Shown here in pieces: positions 41,377-54,559 of a stretch of 64,000 nucleotides of DNA. Position numbers and translations under genes: made by a program. The DNA is from Eledone cirrhosa (Eukaryota): the NCBI GenBank assembly GCA_964016885.1, contig OZ024745.1:103044001-103108000 (forward strand). Direction: 5' to 3'. The notes below the pieces were generated by a model. The model was not told the DNA's origin. It made no database searches and saw nothing but the letters and a program-made list of their open reading frames with translations. The stretch's first letter is position 1. Each line of letters opens with the position of its first letter.

Positions 41377-41967
41377 TCATTTATTTCCTATTTGCCTGGA
41401 ATCCAAGACCATATTTTCCAACATATCCATTTTAAAGATGGTAGGATGCAAGTTGAGGAAGATTTGGTTATTATTTCTAGCAGGTTGAATGAGTACTGAG
41501 AAACTGCCTCATTGGACACAGTCAAAGCTAAGAAGGTGGACTGGGTCACCTTGAATGGCTGTTACTATTTTCTATAACCAGAACTTTTTTGAACACGCTG
41601 ACACGTATGTGTATAAATGTGTTACACACTCACAGACATACATTCACACAAATACACATACATTAACACAAATGCACACATACATTCACACACACACACA
41701 CATACATTAACACAAACACACACACACACTCATACACAGCATAGCAAATGGAACACCAGCTACTGTTTTGCTATAGTTTTTTCACCATCCGCTTCCTTCC
41801 TTTTACACACATACATTCACACATTGTGTGACAAATCAAAGTCACTCAAATTTATATAGAGACACTTCCAGTTGAAGTCTACTTTGATGTGTTTATTTCT
41901 CTTGGACAATGAAGTACCATTTCCATTATTTTTTAAAGGCAGATTAAATGTCTGTGTATTTGTTCCA

Positions 41968-42185
41968 AGGGCAGTGAATTGGCAGAATCAATGGAATGTA
42001 TTGTAGCATTTCATTATGGCCCTCTATGTTCTGAGTTCAAATTATGTTACGGTCAACTTTGCTTTTTTTGCTTCTGGGGTTGAGAAAATAAAGTACCAGT
42101 AAAGTATTGGGGTTGTTATAATTGACTAATCAACTTTCTCCTCCCCACAAATTAATGGTCTTATGCCTAAATTAGAAGTCATTAC
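41968..42185 (+). mobile_element. Diverged SINE family A
   Basis: Head, B box, aaaataaagtaccagt core and tail recognisable. Confidence 0.75.
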
Positions 42186-42859
42186 TTTTGTCTTTTTATA
42201 ATAATAATAATGATAATAAAGAAAATTATTGTTTACAGTTCTCAGGTGCACTACAACTCATCAAAGGTGCATGTATAGTACATAGAATAATGTTCAAATG
42301 TCAGGAAAGTGAACAGTGTATGATTCATGATAAACACAGATACATGCATGCATGTGTAAGAAGGGGGAATATCAGGAGTAGTGTTGGTAAATTTTGGGAA
42401 GCATGGAAGTTTAAGAATGTGATGGATTCTCTGTTGGTTTCAATGACAAGCATGCTGATGTTCAACCAATTGGTCATCCAGCTTGTGAATTATTGTTTAA
42501 GTGGTTGAATATTCCACAGATACATGTACCCAAGACTAATCAATGTGACAAGGTTAGACCTTTGAATTATATATAGATTCCATCTGACTGACTTCCACAG
42601 AGTTTCCACATACCTAATTTTACTCACAATGTCTGAATGAACCCAAGGCTATAATAAACACTTCCCAAGATACCATGCAATAGTATCGAACCTGAGACTT
42701 CATGGTTACAAAGAGAATTTCTTAATCACTCAGCCATGCCTGTGTCCTTTCAAGTATAGAAACAATGATAAAACACAACAATAGAGAATGTAGATGAAAA
42801 TAATTAGTGTATTTAATATTTTGACTTTATTCTGCACAATAAAAATAGACACTCGATCT

Positions 42860-43165
42860 GTTATGACAGTGAATCTTCCAGTTGATACAATAAATGGAAT
42901 AGCCTGATTGTTAAATTAATGTGCAGTTAACTGAGCCTTCCATAGACATGCATACCCTTAAAGTAGTTCTCAAAGAGATTTAGTGTGACACAGAATATGA
43001 CAAGCCTGGCCATTCAAATTACAGGTACAACTCATTTTTTGCCAGCTGAATGAACTGGAGTAAGATGAAATAAAGTATCTTACTAAAGGACACAACACAC
43101 CATCAGCAATCGAACTCATAACCTTACAATCATGAGCTGAATACCCTAACCACAAAACCACACAC
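42860..43165 (-). mobile_element. Diverged SINE family B-like
   Basis: gtggttagggtattc head, gagttcgattg B box, core atactttatttcatc..ctccagttcattcagctg. Confidence 0.65.
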
Positions 43166-43774
43166 CTTCCCTTTACATTATAACAGTTACACTAATTAAC
43201 TACAGTTTTTAAATCGAGCATTAACATTGACCTTTTATTACTATTCCATTCAAATCATAAATACATTATAAGATTATTGAATCATCATCATCATCATTCG
43301 TTGACTACTGTCCCCCATCGCTGCCCCCAGGTCCTGTCTACTGATTCCCCTATCCCTAGAGATAACGTCGGGGAATGACAGCTTCCTACTCCTAGTCAGG
43401 CTGGAGTCAGGGTTCCAGACCAAGAGAGCGGATATGATTTCATTGCTGGCATGAATCAACTCCAGTATTTGACCAGTATTTTAATTCATTGATCCCCGGA
43501 AGGATAGTTGGCTTCTATGATATTTGAACTCATCATCGTCATTATCCAGTTTTTGATCCCAAAGTAGGAGTGGGTCCTGCCTGACAACACTCCTTAGCAT
43601 CCGACTCCATGTGTTTCTGTCCGCTAGTCTCATTTGGGACAAGCCAAGCTTAGCTTGATCCCAACAGACATCCTCCATCCAAGTCCTGGATTGACATTCA
43701 TCACTTTGCTAATCCATAATGTAAAGAGCCATAATTAAATACTACACCATAAAGAGCCATAATTAAATACAACC

Positions 43775-44196
43775 ATTAAGCCCATATTACTTTATGGATC
43801 CGAAACTTGGACACTAACATCACAACTTGAGAGGAGATTGGATGGCACATATACCCGCCTCTTAATGAGAGTGCAAAACCTATCCTGGAAACGACATCCC
43901 ACCTTCTCTAAAATCTATGACAAACTCCCTCGAGCCTCTGCCCTTCTAAAATCCCGGAGAGCTCAATTTGCTGGCCACTGTCACCGTGCCAGCAATGAAA
44001 TCATATCCGCTCTCTTGCACTGGAACCCTGACTCCAGCCTGACTAGGAGTAGGAAGCTGTCATTCCCTGACGTTATCTCTAGGGGTACGGGAATCAGCAG
44101 ACAGGACTTGGGGGCAGCGATGGGGGACAGGGGATTCTGGGGCATGAGAGTGAGATCCATCATCTCGACAGTAGTCGACGAGTGATGATGATGATG
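43775..44196 (+). mobile_element. RTE-clade LINE 3' fragment (third family)
   Basis: ILLYGSETWTLT...LDGTYTRLLMRVQNLSW...RRAQFAGHCHR; (TGA)n tail; inverted partial copy at 43280-43453. Confidence 0.8.
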
Positions 44197-44399
44197 TGAA
44201 ATACTACAAGGTAATTTATCTGATGTTCTGACAATTCTGCTAGTCCACTGCCTCTAATATTGAATAAACCCATTTGAAATCATGTTATGGCCTGCTTTGC
44301 TTTCCATTTCTTTTGGACCAATAAAAGAAAATAATTGATATCTATCATGGTGGATTAAAAAAAAACAAACAACATTTCAGTTATCTAAGGAATATCATG

Positions 44400-45003
44400 G
44401 TCATGCATATTGCAGTGATGTTGTTAGTGCTGATACTAGTAGTGCTGGTGGTGGTGATGCTGGTAGTACTGGTGGTGGTTGTGCTGATAATGGTTGTGAT
44501 GAGGGTGCTTGTAGTGATGCTTGGGCTGGTGCTGATGATAGTGCTGGCAGTGCTGATGGTGGTGGTGCTGTGCTGGTGGTGGTGATGATGGTGCTGGTAG
44601 TGGTGGTGGTGATGATGGTGCTGGTAGTGGTGGTGGTGGTGGTAGTGTTGGTAGTGGTGATGATGGTGAGGGTAGTGCCAGTAGTGGTAGTGTTGGTGCT
44701 GATGATGGTGATGATGGTGCTGGTAGTACTGGTGGTGGCAGTGGTGGTGGTTTGTGTTGGTGGTACTGGTGGTGGTGGTGATGATGGTGCTAATAGTGCT
44801 GGTAGTGCTGGTGGTGGTGGTGATGATGGAGATGGTAATGCTGGTGGTGGTTGTGGTGATGATGGTGCTGGTAGTGGTGGTGGCGGTGGTAGTAGGGATG
44901 ATGGTGCCAGTAGTGCTGGTGGTGATGATGGTGGTGGTAGTACTGGTGGTGGTGCTGGTAGTGCTGGTGGTGGTGGTGGTGCTGGTAGTGCTGGTAGTGT
45001 TGG
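44400..45003. repeat. Degenerate (GGT/GAT/GCT/AGT)n trinucleotide array
   Basis: Low-complexity triplets giving spurious poly-G/V/T/H ORFs. Confidence 0.95.
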
Positions 45004-45840
45004 TTATCATCTGAATATTGCCAAATTGCATGTGGTGCAGCTTTCTAGTGATTGTCATCACAATATACAATTATCTAATAAGTTTTGTTGTTGTTGTTTT
45101 TTGTTGCAACTGTACACAGTACATTTAGTAAACATTGTCATACTACCCAGTGAAGCTATCTAGGGAATGTCATCAATACAATTAGCTAATGAGTCTTGTA
45201 TTAGTGATCAATGCAACTATTTAATGAAAATTACCATGGAAAATGTATGGTAATCATTAGTATGGTCTGACTTGTTTTACTATATACAGCTTTCCTTTTG
45301 TAGTCACGGTCAAAACTTCTCTTCAGTATTTTGCTTTTGTCATCATTTTGTTCCTTTTTACTTTCTATATCACCACATCTCCACCATTTTTCCCTGTTTA
45401 TATATTTTCTATTGAATATATTATTAAAATCCCAGTTGTAGGCTACCTTACCAATCGATAGATCACAGTACTACGATCAGTACTATGAGCATGTGTCTAA
45501 AGAAAGAATCAATGAACAGATTTCACAGGCAAAGCCAACCAGCAGGCAACCCAGAAGTAGACCACAAGAAAGATAGTTGGATAATATCTATAAGCTTGGT
45601 TGATCTCACTTGGGGATCTAGTCAAATCATTTGAAGACAGGAGCTTCTGTTAGGACCCTCTGGAAAGCATATCTGAGGACTGTGTGGTGAAGGAGTTTTC
45701 TTCAGAACCATGTGGTTTCATTTTCAGTCTCTGCATGATGCCTTTAATAAATGCCTTCTCTAGTCTTGGCTTGGCCAATGCTTTGTGAATGAAATTTAAT
45801 AGATGGAAACTCTGCAAAAGCTTATCATATATATATATAT

Positions 45841-46117
45841 ATCATCATCATCATCATCATCATCATCATTTAACGTCCATATTCCACGCTTGCATGGGTT
45901 TGGGAGTTTTTCCACTTGAGGCAAGAGTGGTTGTCTTGCTCGCATAGGACTGTCTGGCGGGTTTTCTACCGCTGGATGCCCTTCCTAACACCAACCACAT
46001 TTACAGTGTGGAACTGAGAGGTTTTTACCGTGTTACCTACACGGCCACATTACAGCATGGACTGTGTGTTTTTTTGTCATGACACCTACACGACCTCATT
46101 TGTTTCGGCCTGGATGT
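45841..46117 (-). mobile_element. RTE LINE 3' UTR fragment
   Basis: Matches 38190-38580 but with only one copy of the duplicated module. Confidence 0.88.
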
Positions 46118-47063
46118 TTAAAAAAATTATCGCTCTACATGGCTGAATACAATAAATGTAATCTGAGTTTTTCGAATATTAATAATATTTGATTCATTTG
46201 TAATTATGCAAATAGCCTCTTTTTAATTTTTTTTAAAAACCCATGTCAGTAGAATGAGCCCCTCATTCTTGCTCTTGTGTTGGCATGTAAACAGAACTGC
46301 AGACACTAATGTTTCTGGGTATCACCCTTTATCAGTGCAGTTCATTGTTCACCTGCCAACTGTCAGAGCTAGTGAAAATATATATTTTCTAAATTATACA
46401 GTGACTGATCAGCCTGATTTGCATATTAGCAGACTGGCTGATTAGTCAGATCTGCATATTAGCAGATCCACTGATCAGCCAGATTTGCAAATCAGCAGGC
46501 AAGCCAATCAGTTTCCTGTATATGAGTGATTAATGGCCGGCTTTGCCATATTAAAAAAAAAAAAAAAATGTATCGCTCTACATGGCTGATTACAATAAAT
46601 GTAACCTCAGTTTTTCGAATATTAATAATAATATTCGATTCATTTGCAATTATGCAAATACCCTCTTTTTTAAAGCCATGTCAGTAGAATGAGCCCCTCA
46701 TTCTTGCTCTTGTGTTGGCATGTAAACAGAACTGCAGACACTAATGTTTCTGGGTATTACCCTTCATCACTGCACTGATGGCTTTAAAAACGAGGCTATT
46801 TGCATAATTGCAAACAAATCGAATATTATTATTAATATTCAAAAAGCGGTGGATTGGCAGTATCGGTAGAGGGTCGGACGCCATGCTTTCCAGCATAGTT
46901 ACGTCCCTTTACGATCTGAGTTCAAATCCCGCCGAGGTTGACTTTGCCTTTCATCCTTACGGGGTCGATAAAATAAAGTACCAGTAATGCACTGGGTAAT
47001 TGCTGGCCTTGTGCCTAAAGTAGAAACAATTATTAATATTCAAAAAACTCTGATTACATTTAT
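46118..47063. repeat. Duplicated / fold-back element, MITE-like
   Basis: 46131-46340 is repeated at 46571-46775; 46777-47063 is an inverted copy of the left part, interrupted by a SINE. Confidence 0.7.
46846..47030 (+). mobile_element. SINE family A with TSD
   Basis: TSD tattaatattcaaaaa (46830-46845 / 47031-47046). Confidence 0.92.
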
Positions 47064-47649
47064 ACACACACACACAGCCGTCGAAATGGCTTGAGCTCTG
47101 CCGTCGGGGTCATACTTGTTCCTATATATATATATATATATCCTTTGGGAGCCCCTACATGGACACACTAGAAGAGGAAGACCAAGGTTAACGTATGTTG
47201 ATGCCCTAAGGACAGACACTGGTCTGTTGGAGATGCAGGACATGGCAGCGATAATGAGGGACAGAGACCGCTGGAGAGAACTCGGCCATGGATCTCGGAA
47301 ATTTTACCCGCCTTAGAGATATATATATATATATATATGTGTGTGTATGTATATATATGAATTTGTAGGTCATATATAAGTCATCATATATTCCATAAAT
47401 GACTCAAACTAATCTAATGCTATTAGAGTTAAAAATTTGGGAGTTGACTTGATGATGGAAAGGTGTAAAATCTAACCTCACTCCAAAGGGCAACTGAAGT
47501 AGGCAGACTGTGTTCTTAAGAAGGTCTCTTCATAAGAACATAGTTCTAAACTTGATCTTTCTGTGTGGCACTTAGGACACATGCCTTCCATCATAAACTT
47601 CAGCTAGATAAAAAATCTTCAGAAGCTATTTGCATATGTATTCATCTAT

Positions 47650-47950
47650 AATAATTGTTTCTACTTTTGGCACAAGGCCAGCAATTGTCCCTGTGCATTA
47701 CTGGTGCTTTATTTTATCGACCCCGTAAGGATGAAAGACAATGATTTATAATTTAGATACAAGGCCAGCAATTTGTAGGGAGTAGCAGTTAATTATATTG
47801 ACCCAGTACTTGACTGGTACTTTATTTTATTGATTACTGGAAGAATGAAAAGCAAAGTTAACCTTAGTGGGATTTGAACTCAGAATGTAATGGTTCGTAA
47901 CTAGATACCTCAAAGTACTTTCTTTGGCATTCTAATGATTCCACCAATAA
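47650..47950 (-). mobile_element. Two SINE family A fragments
   Basis: Tail and core motifs present twice. Confidence 0.75.
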
Positions 47951-48214
47951 TAATGAATAAATACACATATGAATAGAACTAATTTTGACCTGCCTTCATA
48001 TACACAAATTCCTCTACTTGAAAGAGGCATGCAATTGTCTAAAATATATGAAGAACATATTTATGTATACAATCTAATTGTAAATAAAGGCACTTAAGGA
48101 ATATGGCAGAAAATAAAAGAAGAATGTGTAATCCATTATGATTAAACATGTCTTCTTATTGATGTTTGTTACATGTTATTGCCACTGGTCTAAATTCACC
48201 AATCAAATAGACTA

Positions 48215-48381
48215 CCGTATTTCCTGGCATCGAAGACGCTACTTTTTCCTAAAATATGTCTCAAAATTCTACCATGCGTCCTGGAGGCCGAAGGTTGTTT
48301 ATTAATTTTTTTCTAATTTTTAGTTGTCAAAATTAGGGAGCGTCCTTGAGGACGAAGCGTCTTCGGCGCCGGGAAATATGG
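48215..48381. mobile_element. Tc1/mariner (pogo/Tc2-like) MITE
   Basis: Imperfect 25-bp TIRs ccgtatttcctggcatcgaagacgc / gcgtcttcggcgccgggaaatatgg, TA on both sides, 167 bp, internal repeats of the TIR motif. Confidence 0.85.
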
Positions 48382-48852
48382 TACTTGTATCTATTCCTTT
48401 ATTCTTTTACTGGTTTCAATCATTGGATGATAGCCATATTTAAGCACTGTGTTCAAGTGGTTTTTATTTTGGTATTCATTTTATCAAGTGGTTGAATTAA
48501 CCTATCGAATGTTTTTGTTTTATTTTAGAGAGTTACACTATCTTCAATTCGGTATTCGTGCCAACCCTTACCTATGGTCATGAATCTTGGTTATAACCAA
48601 AAGAATACAATTCCTAATACAAGCAGCTGAAACGGGGTTCCTCTGAAGTGTCTTTGGAGTAACATTATTTAATAGAGTGCTTAGCTTGGAGATCAGAGAA
48701 TCACTCGAGGTAGAGCTGCTACTTCTCCGAATTGAGATATCTCAGCTCCAATACTACAGGCATAGTACTAGGGTTAATATGATTGACTTCCTTTCCTCAC
48801 AAATTGCTGGCCTTGTGTCTAAATTAGAAACCATGATTGCTATTATTATTAT

Positions 48853-49050
48853 AGTAGAGGAACGGACGTCATGCTTTGCAGCATAAAGTTACGGCCCTTT
48901 ACAATCTGAGTTCAAATCCTGCTGAGGTTAACTTTGCCTGTCAACCTTACAGGGTTGATAAAATAAAGTACCAGTAATTCACTGTAGTTGATTTAATCGA
49001 CTTTCCCTTCCCCCAAAATTGCTGGCCTTGTGCCTAAATCAGAAATAATT
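48853..49050 (+). mobile_element. SINE family A
   Basis: Core and tail match. Confidence 0.8.
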
Positions 49051-51583
49051 GTTGTTGTTGTTGTTTAGAAATAGAGAGATCCAATAATAGAGATTATTTT
49101 CCCTGTAAGACAGGGGCCAGAATACGTTGATCCACTTTTAATCATGTTGGCTCTATCCAGAATTGACCATTTATTCTTTGAAATGTTTCATCTTGCTGTC
49201 AGCACAGAAACTTTGAAAAATTAGTTTTCCCAAGCTGCAATGACAGAATAAGATCATTGTGTTGATATGGAAATATTTTTAATGGATGCTTTGTGAATCA
49301 TCCATAGCTGCTTGAGATGTAGGTTTTTTTCCTTTTTTTAGGTGGTGACAGCGGCAGTGGTTTCATCATTGTCATTGTTGTATCAGCCTGAGAGTTAATG
49401 TACTTCTCAAGTTACATCCTTTTGAAGGACAAAATTTGTTTAGCAATTTCATGTTAGAGTTTTCAAATATTGATCTGTTTGCATTATGACCCTAGATAAT
49501 GTTAGACATGTTTGCTGTACAGCTGAAGGTTTATTGAACAACAAATAAAATTTGTTATCTTCTGAAAAATATATGTTGATAAGTGAGAGCTAGTTCCTTG
49601 TTATGCTTGTTTTTACATTCATGCCATATGATGAGTTTTTACATTCATGCCATATGGTGAGTTGTACTCTTTTATACTCCATGCCCTAATACTTTTCAGG
49701 TGATCATTGTTGTTATTGAATAAATAATGTTTTCTTTGTGGTGGATCTCTGATGTTTTCTCACTGTAAGACTGTGGTTCTGATAAAGGTGAATTCATCTA
49801 AGTAGAAAGTGTACACATTCAATCAGGTAGTGTCTACTGAGATGGAAACAGTGTCGAGTATTATTATAAAAGTTCTATTTTTCTAAATAGGTTATAATCC
49901 TTTTGCAAATAATTCTCTCCATAGCCTTTGAAAGCTATTAGTGTATCTATGGCATAGAAGCATTCACTCAAACAAGGTGAAATTTAAATATCCAGTTATC
50001 TGGATATATAAATAGAACATATCAAATGAGTTTGTGTAAATAGAATCTGAGCCATAACTATATTGTTCACCATTGTGGAATGATGTCTTAAAACTTAGGA
50101 TGGAAAACCTGGTGTACAACTATAAAAGATAATGCAGAGTTTTGGTGAGTGAGGCATGGTTGTGTGATTAAAATGTTTGCTTTGCTATCATGTGGTGTTG
50201 AGTGTGATTCCACAATGCAACACCTTAGGCTTGTATCCTCTACTATAACCTCAAACATGCTAATGCCTTGTGAGAGAATTTTTTTAAACAGAAACTATAA
50301 GGAGCTCTGTTGTATATGTGCCTGTGTATCTGTCTGTGCAGATATGTATGTGTGGGTGTATGACTGTCTGTTTCCATGCAATACCATTTAAAGTGTGAGT
50401 GTGTCCATAAAATATATACATGTACACCAGGTCCGAACACAAAGGAACGAAACTCTCACTGTCTCCATTTCTTCCACTCTCCCTATTTCTCACTATTATG
50501 AGCAAATGGGGGCCCACAGAGCATCAGATTAAGTGTTTTGGTATTTGTTCTGACTTTCTTTACTGTAGTTTAAACCATGTTGCGGTCAACTTTGCCTGTC
50601 ATCTTTTCATTGTCAATAAATGAAGTACCAATCCAAAGGTTGTGGATTGGAAGAATTATTAAAGAGTTGGACAGGATGCTTTACAGTATCTGTTCTAGTT
50701 CTGTGTATTCTGAGTTCAAATCTTGCCTTCTGTCACTGGAAAAGTGGAAGTGGTGATGTTTATGTCAGGAGTTAGGACTGGCTAATGGAAACATAATGTC
50801 TTTGGTCCAGTCTGGCAATCAGCTCCTTTCTTTTTTCACCGATAACAACCAACAATTTATGCCAACAGGTGAATGGACACTAACTCAATGACAGCATGCA
50901 TACATGTGCACACAATTACAAATAAAATAATGCATATACATGCACACGCACATACACACACACACTGTAACATACTAAGACATTCACAGATTCTTCACTC
51001 TCTGTATCTCTGATTCTGTCAGTGTTTCTGTTGTTTAATTCTAAGAGTAGACCTACGACCCAAAACATTCTAACCATGGCCATCTCATGTATTTATTTAT
51101 CGAGCTATATATTTCCAATGTGTCTTTTTTTTCATTTTTCTTTCAAATGATTTACAAGTGTCCTAAATTTTGTTTTAACATTTGATTCTTCACTCACACC
51201 ACTCTTTCTATGCATCATTCTTATTCTCATATATGCATGTATGTAATTGTATGCTTGCATATATATATATATATATATATTTGTTTGTGTATGCATCTGT
51301 ATGTATATATATACATAGTATCTCTAAGTGATTGCACCATTAAATCAGTTTCTGGTAAAGTAAGCATTAAATGAAACAGTTATTTATAGTCATGATTAGA
51401 GACTACTAATTTCTTCAGTAAACTTTTATTAATTAGTTATTCACTTGAATGTTAAATGATGCAAGTGGCTTCATTTATTCAGCATCATGGATTCTCTTCT
51501 ATATTGTATTGTTTGCATCAGTATATATATATAGCATAAAAGAAATATGAAACACAAAGAAAAATATAATTAATTGTTTAGAG

Positions 51584-53070
51584 CAAAGGTTCTCAACGGG
51601 GGGCATATGCACCCCCAGGGGGCGTTACGGAACTCCAGGGGGCGTTTGGGAGCAAGGGACATTAGGGGGGGGGGGGCCTTTGGAGCTTTGGAGTGCACTG
51701 GAAGGCTCTTTACTTTGGTAAGTTTTATAAGCCATATTTGTATGTCTTTGAGACAGCCAGTGTGAATGCATTTGAATGAGCATGCACACGGCATAACTAT
51801 GGTCTGGCCGCAGCTGTGAGCAGGTGTGCAGGCGTGTTTAGACATTAACCGGCAATTGAGATCCTAACAATGGAAAAACCCACAGTCAACTGGGTCAAGG
51901 ACACTTCAAGCGCATCCAGTTAGAATCTTGTCTTTCCTTCACCGATAACAATGTATTTCATGTCTGGAATTATTGACTCAACCATAACGAGTTAACACTA
52001 TGTAGATCTATTTTATTTCCTATTGTATAAATAATATTGCAAATAAAAAAAAAACAAAAAAAAAACACAGAAGCGGGTAGCACACACATCTAGGACCACA
52101 TACAACACATAATCAGATAATACACACATCTAGGACCACATACAACACATAAGCAGGTAATACACACATCTAGGACCACATACAACACATAAGCAGGTAA
52201 TACAAACATCTAGGACCACATACAACACATAATCAGGTAATACATACATCTAGGACCACATGCAATACATAAGCAGGTTCATGTGCTACGGACGACGCTA
52301 GAGCAAAGGTCGGCCAACATAAGGGTTTCGTCACTCTTCTGAAGAGAGAAAATCTATCTGTATTTGTTGTTCATTGTGTCATTCATCGACAACACTTGGC
52401 TGTGAAGAATCTCAGCAAGCCACTGAGCAAGTCCTTGCAGGTGGCCCTTGATGTCATCAATTTTATCAAACGGCATTCCCTCAATGAACGAATTTTCCGG
52501 CAACTGTGCCAAGATAATGACGAAGAATTCGTCAAGTTGCTCCTTCATAAAGAAGTGAGGTGGCTTTCAAAGAGCAAGTGCCTTACTCACTTCTTTGAAC
52601 TGTTCGACTCTATCATTGAGTTTCTGCGAGGATGCATCACAGAACTGTACAAGAAAACCCTCGATGTGAGGCAAAACTGCGCCTACCTCACCGACATTGT
52701 CGACAAATGCAATAGCATCATTTTGGCTTTGCAGGGGAAGAAGATCACCTTGCTTAAAGCAAGGAATGCTGTAAAAACATTCCTGGCCAAATTGAATGTC
52801 ATCGAAAGGAATCTTTGTTGACAGGAATTCTATAATTTTCCTAGTGTCGCCAATGTTCAAAACATTGTAAGCGATGACCAACTCCAAATTTATACCGCTC
52901 ACCTCCGTGCGCTACAAGACAACATGAGAGAACGGTTTGTCGACCTTTTGCCGATGGACATCCCAATGTGGGTAGCAGATCCCTTCATAGCTAACGTCGA
53001 TGATTTGGACGTTATATTTCAGGAAGAATTCATTGAACTTCAAGCAGATGACATGATCAAAATTAGATTT
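51584..53070 (+). mobile_element. hAT (Buster/Charlie-type) transposon remnant
   Basis: Left terminus caaaggttctcaac preceded by gtttagag (NNNTANNN); transposase pieces HCVIHRQHLAVK, LLLHKEVRWLSK, AYLTDI, LQG; stop at 52819-52821; no right TIR found. Confidence 0.82.
52081..52278 (+). repeat. 40-bp minisatellite x5
   Basis: Unit tacacacatctaggaccacatacaacacataagcaggtaa, no spacers. Confidence 0.95.
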
Positions 53071-54512
53071 CCAAAAATATTGGAAACGTCAGCTGGCTTA
53101 ATCCTTGTTATAACGTTGATATCACCTCTGATATTGCTAGAAAATTTCTTTGATAAAGCACCATGTTTTGGCTACGCATAAGCATGCTGCACAGTGTTTA
53201 ATGCTTGTAATGTTATTGCTAGCTATTCTTGTCTTGAAAACATTGCTTCTACCATTGCATACTGCAACTGAAACAGAACCCACATTTGCATTGCCCCATT
53301 TCCAACAACATCTCTGAAATTGCCATGGGCAAACAGGAAATAACTACAAAATTCCTATTGAATTAAAGAGGCAGCAAAGTGCTTGAACTCCCAAGATGTG
53401 ACCAAAGATATTCGTTCCATCACATTTCTGTTGAAGATATTATACATGTGACCAATGGATGACCTAAAGATATTAAGATGCTACTACCTTCCAGTATTAT
53501 GTTAAGTAGACACATAAGTTTCAAAACAAGGTATATTGATGGAATATTCCCATTAAAACTTCAAATGCAAACATAAAGGTTTGATATATTGTCAAAAAAG
53601 ACAAATTATGAAGATTTATAATGGTTTACTGCCTTGAAAATATGAATATTTCTTTCAAAATCAGGGGAAAATAATATTTATGAATAACAGCTTCTTTACT
53701 CACATAATAAATTTACATTTGTAGTTGTGATAGTTAGAGCGCTTAATTATGTGACTAAGGGTCTAAGTAGTAATCTTGAAACGCTGGGTTTTTCAGGCAA
53801 ATAAGGCACTCCTTTCAACACATTACTTTGCAAATATAATTTGTAAGTAGAACAGTGAAGCTATGCAAGACATTTTTAAAATTCACCATGTAAACTCTTC
53901 ACAATTCTTGTTATCTAAATTCTTGTGATAGAGCTTTGTTAAAAACCAACTTTTTCTTCAAAGAAAACATTCAAATAATTAAAATAAGTATAACCTACCT
54001 ACATGCCTATTTACACACAGACAATAATATTCACATACATCCCTGCATAGTATCTCACAGTTTCCTAAAATATATTTATTCATCTTCCTACTACTGGATA
54101 ACTATAGTTTTATTATATGTAGAATACAAATTGGATGAGATGACAAGAGAAATTCTGTTTAGTGCACTTATAATGTCTGTGGTTAAAGTAACAGAGACTG
54201 TATTTAAGAATACTTAAGATTTAAATCTCATTAAATAGCTTATTTATTTCTTCTTTTCTATGCTTGCTTTTCCCTTTCTATTTTATCATTCTTTATATGT
54301 ATGTATATATGTGTGCGTGTGTGTGTATATATATATATATATGTGTGTGGGGGGGGGGGGGGGTCAGCATATACAAGTATAATTGTATGTGTGTATATAT
54401 ATCTAGCTAACTCTGAAATGTTAAGATACTTTTCCTACTATATCAATCATTAAACTAATATATATCTTCATTGATCTGTGTTGTTTTGGTATGTTGTTTT
54501 TCATTTACTTTT

Positions 54513-54557
<45 letters not shown>

Positions 54558-54559
<2 letters not shown>

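Noticed and set aside
44381-45163. Gly-, Thr- or His-rich ORFs (glycine-rich or mucin-like protein)
   Set aside because: Open in several frames on both strands, no splice or domain evidence; trinucleotide repeat.
52081-52278. CRISPR-like array
   Set aside because: Contiguous repeats with no unique spacers, no cas genes, eukaryotic context.
53150-53480. Second hAT-like remnant on the minus strand (also ~49050-49950)
   Set aside because: Only faint motif resemblance with many stops; cannot be supported without a search.
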